This document shows positions 18,672-28,520 of a DNA stretch of 64,000 nt, in pieces. The stretch covers positions 595-64,594 of the forward strand of contig JAAWCE010000076.1 in NCBI GenBank assembly GCA_022793065.1, written 5' to 3'. How positions within the stretch are numbered: the first letter of the stretch is position 1; every line of letters begins with the position of its first letter. Made by a program: the position numbers and the translations under genes. Below the pieces are notes generated by a model, which was not told where the DNA came from, made no database searches, and saw nothing but the letters and a program-made list of their open reading frames with translations. The stretch is from Lachnospiraceae bacterium (GTDB taxonomy: Bacteria > Bacillota > Clostridia > Lachnospirales > Lachnospiraceae).

Positions 18672-20522
18672 ATGTGCGGAATAGTAGGTTATATTGGTAA
18701 GGACCAGGCGGTTCAGGCTGCTCCGATTATTTTAGACGGATTGGCTAAATTGGAATACAGAGGTTATGACTCCGCCGGGATGGCCATATACGACGGTGAG
18801 AAAATCAATACAAGAAAAGCCATCGGGCGGTTGAAAATACTGGAAAATCTCACCAGGGGCGGGGAGGATATGCCCGGTATTGCGGGAATCGGGCATACAA
18901 GATGGGCAAGCCATGGGGCCCCCAGCGATAAAAATGCGCATCCACATACCAACGCTTCAGGGACCATTGCCGTAGTACACAACGGCATTATTGAAAATTA
19001 TATTGCTTTGAAAAAGAAATTGCGCAGCAAAGGATATCAATTTGTATCGGAAACGGATACGGAAGTGATTGCACATCTGTTGGAATATTATTATAAAGGA
19101 AATCCGCTGGAAGCCATTACAAAGGTGCTTCACCGTGTAGAAGGGTCCTATGGGCTGGGAATTATGTTTGCGGATTTTCCGGAGGAAATATATGCCGCCC
19201 GCAAGGACAGCCCTCTGATTGTAGGGCGAAATGAGAATGGAAGCTTCATTGCGTCGGATGTGCCGGCAATTTTGAAATATACCAGGACAGTTTACTATAT
19301 GGATAATCAGGAAGTGGCTGTTCTGCGGGGGGACGGACTGAGTTTTTACTCCTTAGATGAAGAAGAGCTGGAGAAAGAGCCTGTCAATATAGATTGGGAT
19401 TCCGATGCCGCAGAAAAAGCAGGCTATGAACATTTCATGCTGAAAGAAATGTATGAGCAGCCTAAGACCATTATTGACACCATTTCTCCCAGAATTCGCA
19501 GTGTGGAGGGAAGTGGGGGAGAGATTATAATAGAAGAACTTCATATGACGGATGAAGAATTGAGGGCGGTGCAGAAAATTCATATTGTGGCATGTGGTTC
19601 CGCTTACCATGCGGGAGTGACGGGGAAATATGTGCTGGAAGGACTGGCCAGAATCCCTGTTGAGGTGGATTTGGCCAGTGAATTCCGTTACCGCAATCCC
19701 ATTTTAGGGGAAGGAAGTCTGGTAATTGTCATCAGTCAGTCAGGAGAAACCGCAGATACTATGGCGGCATTGCGGGAATCAAAGGCGAAAGGATATAAAG
19801 TGCTGGGCATTGTAAATGTGGTCGGAAGTTCCATTGCCAGAGAAGCCGATGCCTGTCTGTATACCTGGGCCGGGCCGGAGATTGCCGTTGCCACCACAAA
19901 GGCATACAGCGCCCAGCTTGCGGCGATGTATTTGCTGGCCATGAAGTTTGCCAGGGTCAGAGGTATGATGGACGATGAAAAATATGGGGCGCTTCTGGCT
20001 GATCTGCGGCATTTGCCGGAGCAAATCGAATTACTTTTGGCACAGAAACAGACCATACAACATTTTGCAAACCGATATCTGGGGGCAAGGGATATTTTCT
20101 TTATCGGCCGGGGAATTGATTATGCGATTTCTCTGGAGGGCTCCTTAAAGTTAAAGGAAATTTCTTATATTCATTCGGAGGCATATGCGGCGGGAGAACT
20201 AAAACATGGAACCATTTCTCTGATTGAAGAGGGGACATTAGTGGTGGCAGTATCCACCCAGCCTGAGCTGTACCAGAAAACAATCAGTAATATTCAAGAG
20301 GTTAAGGCCAGGGGCGCTTTTGTGATGGCTGTGACAAACGAAGAGAACAAGGCCATTGAAAAGGTATCGGATTATGTGGTATCTATTCCTGAAACCAATC
20401 CTTTTTTTGCAAATTCGCTGGCCATTGTTCCATTGCAGCTATTTGCATATTATATAGCGTTAGGAAGAGGGTGCGATGTGGATAAGCCAAGAAATCTGGC
20501 CAAATCCGTTACCATTGAGTAA
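18672..20522 (+). CDS. glmS: glutamine--fructose-6-phosphate aminotransferase (isomerising)
   Basis: The N-terminus MCGIVGY is the Ntn amidotransferase signature. Two SIS domains are present (SQSGETADT, GELKHG) and the C-terminus reads KPRNLAKSVT. Confidence 0.95.
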   Translation: MCGIVGYIGKDQAVQAAPIILDGLAKLEYRGYDSAGMAIYDGEKINTRKAIGRLKILENLTRGGEDMPGIAGIGHTRWASHGAPSDKNAHPHTNASGTIAVVHNGIIENYIALKKKLRSKGYQFVSETDTEVIAHLLEYYYKGNPLEAITKVLHRVEGSYGLGIMFADFPEEIYAARKDSPLIVGRNENGSFIASDVPAILKYTRTVYYMDNQEVAVLRGDGLSFYSLDEEELEKEPVNIDWDSDAAEKAGYEHFMLKEMYEQPKTIIDTISPRIRSVEGSGGEIIIEELHMTDEELRAVQKIHIVACGSAYHAGVTGKYVLEGLARIPVEVDLASEFRYRNPILGEGSLVIVISQSGETADTMAALRESKAKGYKVLGIVNVVGSSIAREADACLYTWAGPEIAVATTKAYSAQLAAMYLLAMKFARVRGMMDDEKYGALLADLRHLPEQIELLLAQKQTIQHFANRYLGARDIFFIGRGIDYAISLEGSLKLKEISYIHSEAYAAGELKHGTISLIEEGTLVVAVSTQPELYQKTISNIQEVKARGAFVMAVTNEENKAIEKVSDYVVSIPETNPFFANSLAIVPLQLFAYYIALGRGCDVDKPRNLAKSVTIE

Positions 20523-20711
20523 AATAATTCATTTGCGCTCGTTGGCGCACTGACTGTATGAGAGAAAAATGCCTGGACACTGTTCCAAGGTACATAGTGG
20601 GGAAATACTTTTTCACAATCCTTTCAACAGAAAAACACATTTTTGTCACAATTGCGAGATATACTGTGTTCATCAAAGGAAATGAAACAGCATTTTAGGA
20701 GGTAAAACACT

Positions 20712-22058
20712 ATGTATGATAATGAAATTTATTCCAATTCAGAGACAGGCAAATATACAGAGTATCAGACCGAGCACGTGATACAGAATACAGAAAATAC
20801 GGATACAGCGGCACAAAGCAGTACCGTAAAAGAAAAGAAGAAAAAAAGCGGTTTCCGCAAAGTAGTCATAAGTGCAGGATTGGGGCTGGCGTTCGGCGTG
20901 TTTGCCGGGGGCGGATTCTATGCGGTAAAGCTGGGAACGGAACAGTTGGTTCCAAAGGAGGATAACCAGGCGGTGGTTTCGGATCAGGTAAGTCAGCCTG
21001 GTGGAGTAAATAACGGTTCGCTGAGCAGTGTCAACCATGTTACTTATATTACGGATGATGTGTCCGGTGTGGTGGAGAAGGTAATGCCCGCCATGGTGTC
21101 CATTGTAAATAATTATACAAATACCAGTACGGGCATGACCCTATGGGGACAGCGTTATGATTATAGTCAGCCCGGCGTGTCCAGCGGGTCCGGAATTATC
21201 CTTGCGGAGAACGAAAAGGAACTTCTGATAGTGACAAATAATCATGTGGTTGAGAATTCCGACCAACTGCAGATTATCTTTATAGACGGTTCCACAGCCA
21301 CAGCCAGCGTAAAGGGATTGGATTCGGATATGGATTTGGCGGTAATCTCCGTGCCTCTGGAAACCTTATCTGAAGAGACAAAGAATGAAATTACCGTTGC
21401 CTCTTTGGGTAATAGTGATGATTTGAAGCTTGGTTCCCCTGTCATTGCGATCGGTAATGCACTGGGATATGGGCAGTCCGTTACGGGCGGAATGATCAGC
21501 GCTTTAAACCGTGAAATGACTGCGGAAGACGGTTCCACAGGAATCTTTATCCAGACGGATGCGGCTATCAATCATGGCAATTCCGGCGGCGCGCTGCTGA
21601 ATATCAACGGTGAGGTAATCGGCATTAATTCAAGTAAAATGGATGGATATAGTGTAGAAGGTATGGGATATGCCATTCCTATCAGTACTGCCAGCCCCAT
21701 TATTGCGGAATTGATGGAGCGCCAGACCAGAACGGATTTGGTGGCGGAAGAAGAAAAGGGATATATGGGCGTAAGCATGAGGGACGTAACCGCACAGTAT
21801 GCTCAAATGCTGGGAATTCCTCAGGGCGTGTCCGTACAGGAGATAGAAGAAGGGTCTGCGGCCCAGCAGGCAGGTATGATGAAGTATGATATCATCGTGA
21901 AGTTTGACGGCCAAAAGGTGTCTACCGGAGAAGCGCTGGCAGAGTTGGTAGGATATTACAGGGCCGGCGAGACTGTAAAAGTTACGGTGCAGAGACTTGT
22001 CAACGGTGAATATGAGAGTATTGATTTGGAGCTTACATTAGGGAAAAGAGAACAGTAA
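20712..22058 (+). CDS. htrA: HtrA/DegP-family serine protease with C-terminal PDZ domain
   Basis: A TM anchor is present. The catalytic His context is TNNHV, the catalytic Asp is DLAV, and the Ser motif is GNSGGALLN. A PDZ-like tail follows. Confidence 0.85.
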   Translation: MYDNEIYSNSETGKYTEYQTEHVIQNTENTDTAAQSSTVKEKKKKSGFRKVVISAGLGLAFGVFAGGGFYAVKLGTEQLVPKEDNQAVVSDQVSQPGGVNNGSLSSVNHVTYITDDVSGVVEKVMPAMVSIVNNYTNTSTGMTLWGQRYDYSQPGVSSGSGIILAENEKELLIVTNNHVVENSDQLQIIFIDGSTATASVKGLDSDMDLAVISVPLETLSEETKNEITVASLGNSDDLKLGSPVIAIGNALGYGQSVTGGMISALNREMTAEDGSTGIFIQTDAAINHGNSGGALLNINGEVIGINSSKMDGYSVEGMGYAIPISTASPIIAELMERQTRTDLVAEEEKGYMGVSMRDVTAQYAQMLGIPQGVSVQEIEEGSAAQQAGMMKYDIIVKFDGQKVSTGEALAELVGYYRAGETVKVTVQRLVNGEYESIDLELTLGKREQ

Positions 22059-22213
22059 AATGACGAAAATAGGGTATCCCGGAAAGGCCATAAAAGGCTT
22101 TTTCGGGATATTCTGTGTTATATGGTATAAGCAATGGTATTATTGTTACGGTTGACTTCTGCGGTATATCATTTTATAATACTCATGAAATACATAACAG
22201 AAATGAGGAAAGT

Positions 22214-23323
22214 ATGAGAAAAGAAAAGAAACCGAAGACGCACAGAGCTTTAAAGTATATCGGCAGATGCTTCCTGGTACTTTTGTCCTTTTTGCTGATT
22301 ACATTTGTAGGCGCTTACACTGCGCTGTGGCTCATTTGTCATGGACCCAGTCCGGCAGCAAGGGATTTGTTTGTGTCAACCATATTGGAAACAGGGCAGA
22401 TGAAATTTCTTGCTTCCTGGTATTTCAGTGAAGAAGAAATACTTGCCATTACCGGCCGAAACGGTATGACCCATAACGAGGATGAAGTGAATCCCGATAT
22501 GATAGTGATTCCGGCGCAAGGACCGGCCATCAGCGGTGAGGAACAACAGACCCAGGAGCAGGCGGACATAGAGATTGTGGAAATATCGGGTCATTCGTTT
22601 TTTGCGAAATTGATGATAATCCGTGACCCGGCAAGGGTAAGGCTTGCCACAATATATCCCTGGTCCGACGATTCACAGAGTAAAAGCGGTTCAACGTTGG
22701 AACAATTGGTGCAGCAAGAGGATTGTATCGGGGGAGTAAATGGAGGAGAATATCATTCTCTGGGTAATTGGGGTGGAAAACCCAAAGGCCTTGTGGTCTG
22801 CGGCGGTGAAATTCAATATAATGTTCCCCAGGCGGGCGACGTCATGATAGGGTTTAATGAAGATGATGTGCTGATTATTGCGGATACCGGCAATTTATCT
22901 GCCGCACAGGTGGAGAATTTTGTGACGGAAAACAGAATACGGGACGCCGTAAGTTTCAAAGACATTGAGGATGGGGATGACAATCACTTTACAAAATTGA
23001 TTATCAACGGGACGGCCACCGAATTCAGCGGAAGCGGAAGCGGGGCAAATCCCAGAACGGCAATCGGGCAGAAGGCGGACGGAACCGTACTTTTGCTGGT
23101 GACGGACGGCAGGGGAGCAGGCGGACACCTGGGAGCCACCGCCAGGGATTTGATTTCCATCATGCAGGAATATGGAGCGGTCAATGCCGCTAATCTGGAC
23201 GGCGGCAGCTCTTCCGCCATGTATTATGACGGTACATATGAAATGTCAAGTGTCACATTATATTATGCCACCTCTTCCTGGCTGTTGCCCACGGCTTTTG
23301 TGGTGGATAAGAAGGGAGAATGA
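22214..23323 (+). CDS. phosphodiester glycosidase family protein (NAGPA-like domain)
   Basis: A signal-anchor is followed by GINGGEY-type and NLDGGSSS motifs. The start ATG is at 22214. Confidence 0.65.
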   Translation: MRKEKKPKTHRALKYIGRCFLVLLSFLLITFVGAYTALWLICHGPSPAARDLFVSTILETGQMKFLASWYFSEEEILAITGRNGMTHNEDEVNPDMIVIPAQGPAISGEEQQTQEQADIEIVEISGHSFFAKLMIIRDPARVRLATIYPWSDDSQSKSGSTLEQLVQQEDCIGGVNGGEYHSLGNWGGKPKGLVVCGGEIQYNVPQAGDVMIGFNEDDVLIIADTGNLSAAQVENFVTENRIRDAVSFKDIEDGDDNHFTKLIINGTATEFSGSGSGANPRTAIGQKADGTVLLLVTDGRGAGGHLGATARDLISIMQEYGAVNAANLDGGSSSAMYYDGTYEMSSVTLYYATSSWLLPTAFVVDKKGE

Positions 23324-23326
23324 CAA

Positions 23327-24448
23327 ATGGCCGGATACAAAAAGAGGAAATTTCCTGTTTTTTTGGTAGGATATTTTTTGTTTTTAATGGCGTTGGCTGT
23401 TATGTGGATGTACATACTGGGATATGTGCAAAAATGCCTGGTTGCTTACGAGGCGTCGCAGCCGGAACGTGTTATGGAGACATTGGTAAGAGATTTGAAA
23501 GAGGGAAAAGGGGAAGAATTGCTGTCTTTTCCGTCGGCAAGGAGCAGATTTGAAGCGGCGGATATTGTCAAGAATCGCTATCTGTCCTATATTGCCAGTG
23601 AGGAAATCAGCTTTGAAAAGGCGCCGGGGAGCTATGATGTGCAGAACCCCGTGTATCATATTTATGCCGGAGACAGGAAGATTGCCTCCGCAACTTTGAG
23701 AGAGATAGCTTCTGAGCAATTAATGTTTATCCTTTCTATCCAGGAATGGGAGATTGAATCTCTGGAACCTGTTTTGGAGATGGAGGATAAGCATATTCTG
23801 ATACGTGTTCCCGATAGTTGTTCGGTTCAGATTAATGGGATTATGGCAGATGAGAGGGAATTGACCGGAAATGAATGGGACATGGATGAGTTAGAGTATG
23901 CGGCGGCCTATGTGACGGTACCTTATATTGTTGAGTATGAAATATCGGGATTGTCCGAGACGCCGGAGATCGTAGTTACCGACAGGAACGGACAGGAGAT
24001 GGAATGTACGGAGCAGGATGGAACCATAGAAGCGCTTACATTCCCTACCGAACAGATAGACGATGAACTGGCGGCATATGTAATAAAAAATGCCCAAAAT
24101 TACTCAGATTTTTTCTCAGGAGACCTTCCGGGAGGAAATAATAGTGTGGAACCTCTTAGATATATGTTTCCGAAAGGGTCTTATTTTCTGGAACAGGCGG
24201 ACCATTACCGCAGATATGACCTATGGATGTACAGCCAGCATCAGGCGCCTGCCTTTGCCAATGAAAAAGTTACCAATTATGTAAGATATACGGAAGATTT
24301 CTTCTCATGCGATGTGTATTTTGAGAAGACCATGTTGCTTACGAAGACCGGCGAAGTCCGAACGGTTGTCACAAATGATAAATATTATTATGTAAAAATG
24401 GATGATAAGTGGGTGATTGCGGATATGAGAACGGTTCTTGAGCCATAA
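23327..24448 (+). CDS. hypothetical membrane-anchored protein
   Basis: The N-terminal TM segment reads FPVFLVGYFLFLMALAVMWMYILGY. The start lies 3 nt after the preceding stop, suggesting translational coupling. I recognise no motif. Confidence 0.5.
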   Translation: MAGYKKRKFPVFLVGYFLFLMALAVMWMYILGYVQKCLVAYEASQPERVMETLVRDLKEGKGEELLSFPSARSRFEAADIVKNRYLSYIASEEISFEKAPGSYDVQNPVYHIYAGDRKIASATLREIASEQLMFILSIQEWEIESLEPVLEMEDKHILIRVPDSCSVQINGIMADERELTGNEWDMDELEYAAAYVTVPYIVEYEISGLSETPEIVVTDRNGQEMECTEQDGTIEALTFPTEQIDDELAAYVIKNAQNYSDFFSGDLPGGNNSVEPLRYMFPKGSYFLEQADHYRRYDLWMYSQHQAPAFANEKVTNYVRYTEDFFSCDVYFEKTMLLTKTGEVRTVVTNDKYYYVKMDDKWVIADMRTVLEP

Positions 24449-24641
24449 AGTAATGAAAAAATAAATTCTTCCAACCCGAATCTGTATTTTGAACATGGGA
24501 TGTAGCATACTATGTTTATTGATTATTTTGCAGAATGTGCCGCAAGGGGCGGACAGGGTTATCATCCACGGCTTTTATGCAATGTGTACCATATGCTGTT
24601 ATGGCGCATGGGGCTGTGAATGGTGCATGATTGGAGGTAAC

Positions 24642-25418
24642 ATGGAAGAATTTATTGTCTTATCGATTCCTTTTATGGGCACTACCTTTGGAGCGGCCAT
24701 GGTATTTTTTATGAAGGAAAAAATGAATGCATGGTTGGAAAAACTTTTGCTTGGGTTTGCCGCAGGGGTTATGATTGCCGCATCGGTTTGGTCGCTGTTG
24801 ATTCCGGCGATAGAGTTGGCGGAAAATGAGGGAGGAAATGCCTGGCTTCCAGCGGCGGCAGGATTTATACTGGGCGTGGGATTTTTGCTGACGCTTGACA
24901 GTCTGGTGCCCCATCTGCATATAGAGGATGAAAAACCGGAGGGGATGAAGTCTGATCTTCGGAAAACCACCATGCTTGTGTTAGCGGTGGCGCTTCATAA
25001 TCTTCCGGAAGGTATGGCGGTGGGAGTGGCGTTTGCAGGAGCTATGACAGAGGGCACGGGCATGACTTTTGCGGCTGCATTGGTGCTGGCTGTGGGGATT
25101 GCCATTCAGAATTTTCCTGAAGGGGCCATTATTTCTATGCCTCTTAGAAATGTAGGTGCATCCAGACCTAAGGCATTTTGGTATGGCGTACTTTCAGGCG
25201 TTGTGGAGCCTGTGGGAGCAGTGGTAACAATTTTGCTGGCAGAACACCTTGTGCCGATTTTACCTTATTTTCTGGCATTTGCCGCAGGAGCCATGATTTA
25301 TGTGGTGGCGGAAGAATTGATTCCTGAAGCACAGGCGGGCGAACATACCAATATCGGTACCATTGGCGTATCGTTGGGGTTTGTGCTGATGATGGTGTTG
25401 GATGTGGCACTGGGTTAG
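24642..25418 (+). CDS. ZIP family divalent-metal transporter (ZupT-like)
   Basis: Supporting motifs are ALHNLPEGMAVG and IAIQNFPEGA, and the protein has 8 TM segments. The start ATG at 24642 follows GGAGGT. Confidence 0.85.
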   Translation: MEEFIVLSIPFMGTTFGAAMVFFMKEKMNAWLEKLLLGFAAGVMIAASVWSLLIPAIELAENEGGNAWLPAAAGFILGVGFLLTLDSLVPHLHIEDEKPEGMKSDLRKTTMLVLAVALHNLPEGMAVGVAFAGAMTEGTGMTFAAALVLAVGIAIQNFPEGAIISMPLRNVGASRPKAFWYGVLSGVVEPVGAVVTILLAEHLVPILPYFLAFAAGAMIYVVAEELIPEAQAGEHTNIGTIGVSLGFVLMMVLDVALG

Positions 25419-25487
25419 GGCATGGCAGATATTTTGCGGGAATAAAATAAAAACGGCAGTATAGGGGCTGCGGAACAGGAGATAAAT

Positions 25488-26216
25488 ATGCGCATTGTAA
25501 TCATTCGACACGGTGATCCGGACTACGAGAAAGACTCGCTGACAGAAAAGGGTTGGCGGGAAGCAAAACTGCTGGCGGAACGTATATCAAAACTGGAAGT
25601 GACGGCATTCTACTGTTCACCGTTGGGAAGGGCCAGGGATACGGCAGCGGTCACCTTGCAAAAAATGAACAGGGAGGCGGTGGTCTGCGACTGGCTGAGG
25701 GAATTTCCGCCTTTGATATGGCGGCCGGATGTGACTGACAGCAAAAAGATTGCCTGGGACTGGCTTCCGGAGGACTGGACGGCAGAACCGGTTTATTTTC
25801 AAAGAGATAATTGGGCGGAAACGGAGATTATGCGCCAGGGAAAAGTGGGGGAAATCTATGAGGCAATTATCCGCAGCTTTGACACTCTCTTAGCGGAACA
25901 TGGTTATGTGAGGGAAGGGGAGTACTATAGAGTGGAGCGTTCCAACCGGGACACCATTGTATTTTTCTGCCATTTTGGTTTGGAATGTGTGCTTTTGAGC
26001 CGGCTTATGAATGTCTCTCCAATGATACTCTGGCACCATACCTGTGCGGCGCCCACGGCTGTAACCACTGTTATTTCCGAAGAGCGCAGACGGGGGAAAG
26101 CAGCGTTTCGGGTAAGTGCTTTTGGCGACACCTCTCATTTATATGCCGCAGGAGAAGAAATTTCGCTATCCGCAAGGTTTTGCGAAACCTTTGACAGTGA
26201 CGAGAGACATGATTGA
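25488..26216 (+). CDS. histidine phosphatase family protein (phosphoglycerate-mutase-like)
   Basis: The N-terminus reads IIRHGDPDY, carrying the RHG catalytic motif. A later CHFG region is also present. Confidence 0.75.
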   Translation: MRIVIIRHGDPDYEKDSLTEKGWREAKLLAERISKLEVTAFYCSPLGRARDTAAVTLQKMNREAVVCDWLREFPPLIWRPDVTDSKKIAWDWLPEDWTAEPVYFQRDNWAETEIMRQGKVGEIYEAIIRSFDTLLAEHGYVREGEYYRVERSNRDTIVFFCHFGLECVLLSRLMNVSPMILWHHTCAAPTAVTTVISEERRRGKAAFRVSAFGDTSHLYAAGEEISLSARFCETFDSDERHD

Positions 26217-26310
26217 CAAAGGGTTCCGGTGATGGAGTGAACAGTAATATACTATGCGTTTTGCTGTAAATAGGATTGTAATAAATGTATAAGTTGGAAA
26301 ACTTATATAA

Positions 26311-26339
26311 TTGAAAAAATTCCAGTACTATGATATTAT
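26311..26339 (+). promoter_or_regulatory. sigma-A promoter (TTGAAA, 17-nt spacer, TGaTATTAT) upstream of mecA
   Basis: TTGAAA lies at 26311..26316 and TATTAT at 26334..26339, with TG two nt upstream. A palindrome abuts the -35 element (see findings). Confidence 0.45.
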
Positions 26340-26489
26340 AATTACAGGTGCGAAAGATTTGGCTGTTGTGTGGGCAATCAATACACAGCACCTTGTCCGC
26401 AGGTGTAATGGGGCGTTCATACATAATTACGTTTGTGGGAAGGTAGCCTTAAGTTGGATGTGCGTGGGGGCGCACGGATGGGAGTAGGT

Positions 26490-27200
26490 ATGAGAATTGA
26501 ACGAGTGGATGATAAGACGGTAAAATGCTTTTTGTCCAATGAAGAATTGGAAGAATATGACATTGATTATAAGGATTTTATTATGCGCAGCGATAAAGCA
26601 AGGGAAATTGTGCAGGAAATTATTGAACAGGCGGAAGCGTTGGTGGGATATAAGCCGCCCAAATTTGCGTTTGATTTACAGATAATGATGTTGCCGGACC
26701 AGGGATTGATTCTCACTTTTTCCGAAAGAGATGCGGAGGTGAAAGAGGGAGATCAGTTTATTGAATGTCTGAAGGAAATGAAGCGTATTCTGCAGAAGAC
26801 CAGGGAAAAACTGGGACAGTCAGGCGCCGGGGAAGGGGGAGAAGTTTTGCCGGGAGCCCCTGGCGAGAGTGCGCAGAAAGAGGGCAAAACGGCGGGAAAA
26901 CAGCAGGAAAACCGTCCGGGATTTGCAGTATTTGTCTTTTCGGGCATTGGTAAGGTAATGGAATATGTATCGGTTTTGCCTTCTAACTTACAGGTAGAGT
27001 CCTCATTATATGAGATGAATGGCCTCTATTATCTGTATCTGTGCAAAGGTCGTGCTTCCTATGAGCGGTATAGCAGAGCATGTATTCAGGCGTTGGAATT
27101 CAGCGCTTTATATGCGGCGCAGGAAGAGCAGACAGCGCATCTAAAAGAACATGGTCAATGCCTGATTGGGGAAAAGGCAGTGAAAAAATTGCGGGGATAG
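26490..27200 (+). CDS. mecA: adaptor protein MecA (ClpC adaptor)
   Basis: The N-terminus MRIERVDDKTVKCFLSNEELEEYDIDYKDF is typical of MecA. It is followed by a flexible Gly/Glu/Gln linker and a C-terminal domain. Confidence 0.8.
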   Translation: MRIERVDDKTVKCFLSNEELEEYDIDYKDFIMRSDKAREIVQEIIEQAEALVGYKPPKFAFDLQIMMLPDQGLILTFSERDAEVKEGDQFIECLKEMKRILQKTREKLGQSGAGEGGEVLPGAPGESAQKEGKTAGKQQENRPGFAVFVFSGIGKVMEYVSVLPSNLQVESSLYEMNGLYYLYLCKGRASYERYSRACIQALEFSALYAAQEEQTAHLKEHGQCLIGEKAVKKLRG

Positions 27201-27218
27201 TGGTTCCCGCATTTTTTG
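27185..27218 (+). terminator. intrinsic terminator overlapping the mecA stop codon
   Basis: The stem GCGGG / CCCGC (27191..27210) is followed by ATTTTTTG. Confidence 0.7.
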
Positions 27219-27347
27219 TGCATACGGGCCCATAAGGAAGTGTGGGGCGGTATGGTACTTGAACAAACAGAGGATGTGTGGTAGAATGACTGACGGGATG
27301 GGAAGGGCATTTTACAGTTCTGATATGAGTAAAGAGAGGTAATGGGA

Positions 27348-28391
27348 ATGGATCCCTTAGAAGCGGTTATTATTATCCCAGCGTATAAACCTGAAAAGAA
27401 GATGCTTCATTTGATACAGGAGCTGCAAGAGACGGGATTCGGACATGTTGTCGTGGTGGACGACGGCGGAGGTTCGGAATATTGGGATATTTTTCAACAG
27501 GCGGAAGCGCTGGGATGTATGGTGGAACGGCATGAACAAAATCAGGGAAAGGGTACGGCGATTAAGACAGCGTTAAAAGCGGCAAGTATAAAATGGAACA
27601 CGGCGGAGGGGTACATAACGGCAGACGCCGACGGACAACATTTGCCAAAAGACATCCTGCGTGTAGCCCAGGCGCTTGCACAGAACCCAGATGCTTTGAT
27701 TTTGGGGGTAAGGGATTTTGGCGGGGAAAATGTGCCGCCTCGGAGCAAATTTGGAAATCGTGTCACCAGCGTATTCTTCCGTCTTATTAGCGGGGTAGCT
27801 TGCCCTGATACACAGACAGGGCTGCGGGGAATACCTGTGGGGCTTATGGACTTAGCGCTTGCGGAAGAGGGTGAGCGATATGAATATGAGATGAATTTTC
27901 TCATGGATGCGGCGCGGAAAGCACCCATGAAGTTTGTGGATATTGAAACAGTGTATGAGGACAAGAATCGAACGTCTCATTTTCGGCCCATAGCGGATTC
28001 TCTGCGCGTGTACGGGAGATTTGTAAGGTTTGTTCTGGCGTCTCTGGCGGGAGCGGCGGTGGATTGCCTGTTATTTTTCCTGATTGCATTGTTTTTGGCT
28101 TTTGCTCAGACGGAGAAAATATTTCTTGCCACCGTTCTTGCAAGGATGGGGTCGGGTACGGTTAATTTTCTGTTAAACCGCCATTACAGCTTTCGGAGTC
28201 GGATGCCCGTGGGCAGGGAAATCGTCAGATATATGATTCTGTTTTTGGGACAAATGATGGCCAGCGCAGTGTTGGTTTCCCTTCTGGCGTATATACTACC
28301 CATGCTTTTATCCAAAGTGATTGTGGATACCGTTTTGTTTTTCCTTAGTTTTAGGATACAGAAAAATTGGGTTTTTGCCGAAGATAAATAA
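27348..28391 (+). CDS. bifunctional GT2 glycosyltransferase with C-terminal GtrA-like membrane domain
   Basis: The GT2 part shows IIIPAYKPE, VVVDDGGG and ADADGQH. The C-terminal part has 4 TM helices with the GtrA motif NFLLNRHYSF. Confidence 0.8.
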   Translation: MDPLEAVIIIPAYKPEKKMLHLIQELQETGFGHVVVVDDGGGSEYWDIFQQAEALGCMVERHEQNQGKGTAIKTALKAASIKWNTAEGYITADADGQHLPKDILRVAQALAQNPDALILGVRDFGGENVPPRSKFGNRVTSVFFRLISGVACPDTQTGLRGIPVGLMDLALAEEGERYEYEMNFLMDAARKAPMKFVDIETVYEDKNRTSHFRPIADSLRVYGRFVRFVLASLAGAAVDCLLFFLIALFLAFAQTEKIFLATVLARMGSGTVNFLLNRHYSFRSRMPVGREIVRYMILFLGQMMASAVLVSLLAYILPMLLSKVIVDTVLFFLSFRIQKNWVFAEDK

Positions 28392-28520
28392 ATGTCTGAG
28401 GATTTCTTTCGTAAATTTTTAGATTTTTCTGTGGGCATATTTAGAAAGGAATGATATACTAAAGCGTGTTTGGAAGAGCAAACACGCTTTTGAAATGTGA
28501 TGAAGAAAGGTGAATGTGCA

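Noticed and set aside
24489-24641. Cys-rich N-terminal extension of the ZIP transporter ORF (CTICCYGAWGCEWC)
   Set aside because: It begins at a weak start with no RBS. ATG 24642 has a GGAGGT RBS and gives a typical ZIP N-terminus, so the extension is most likely untranslated leader.
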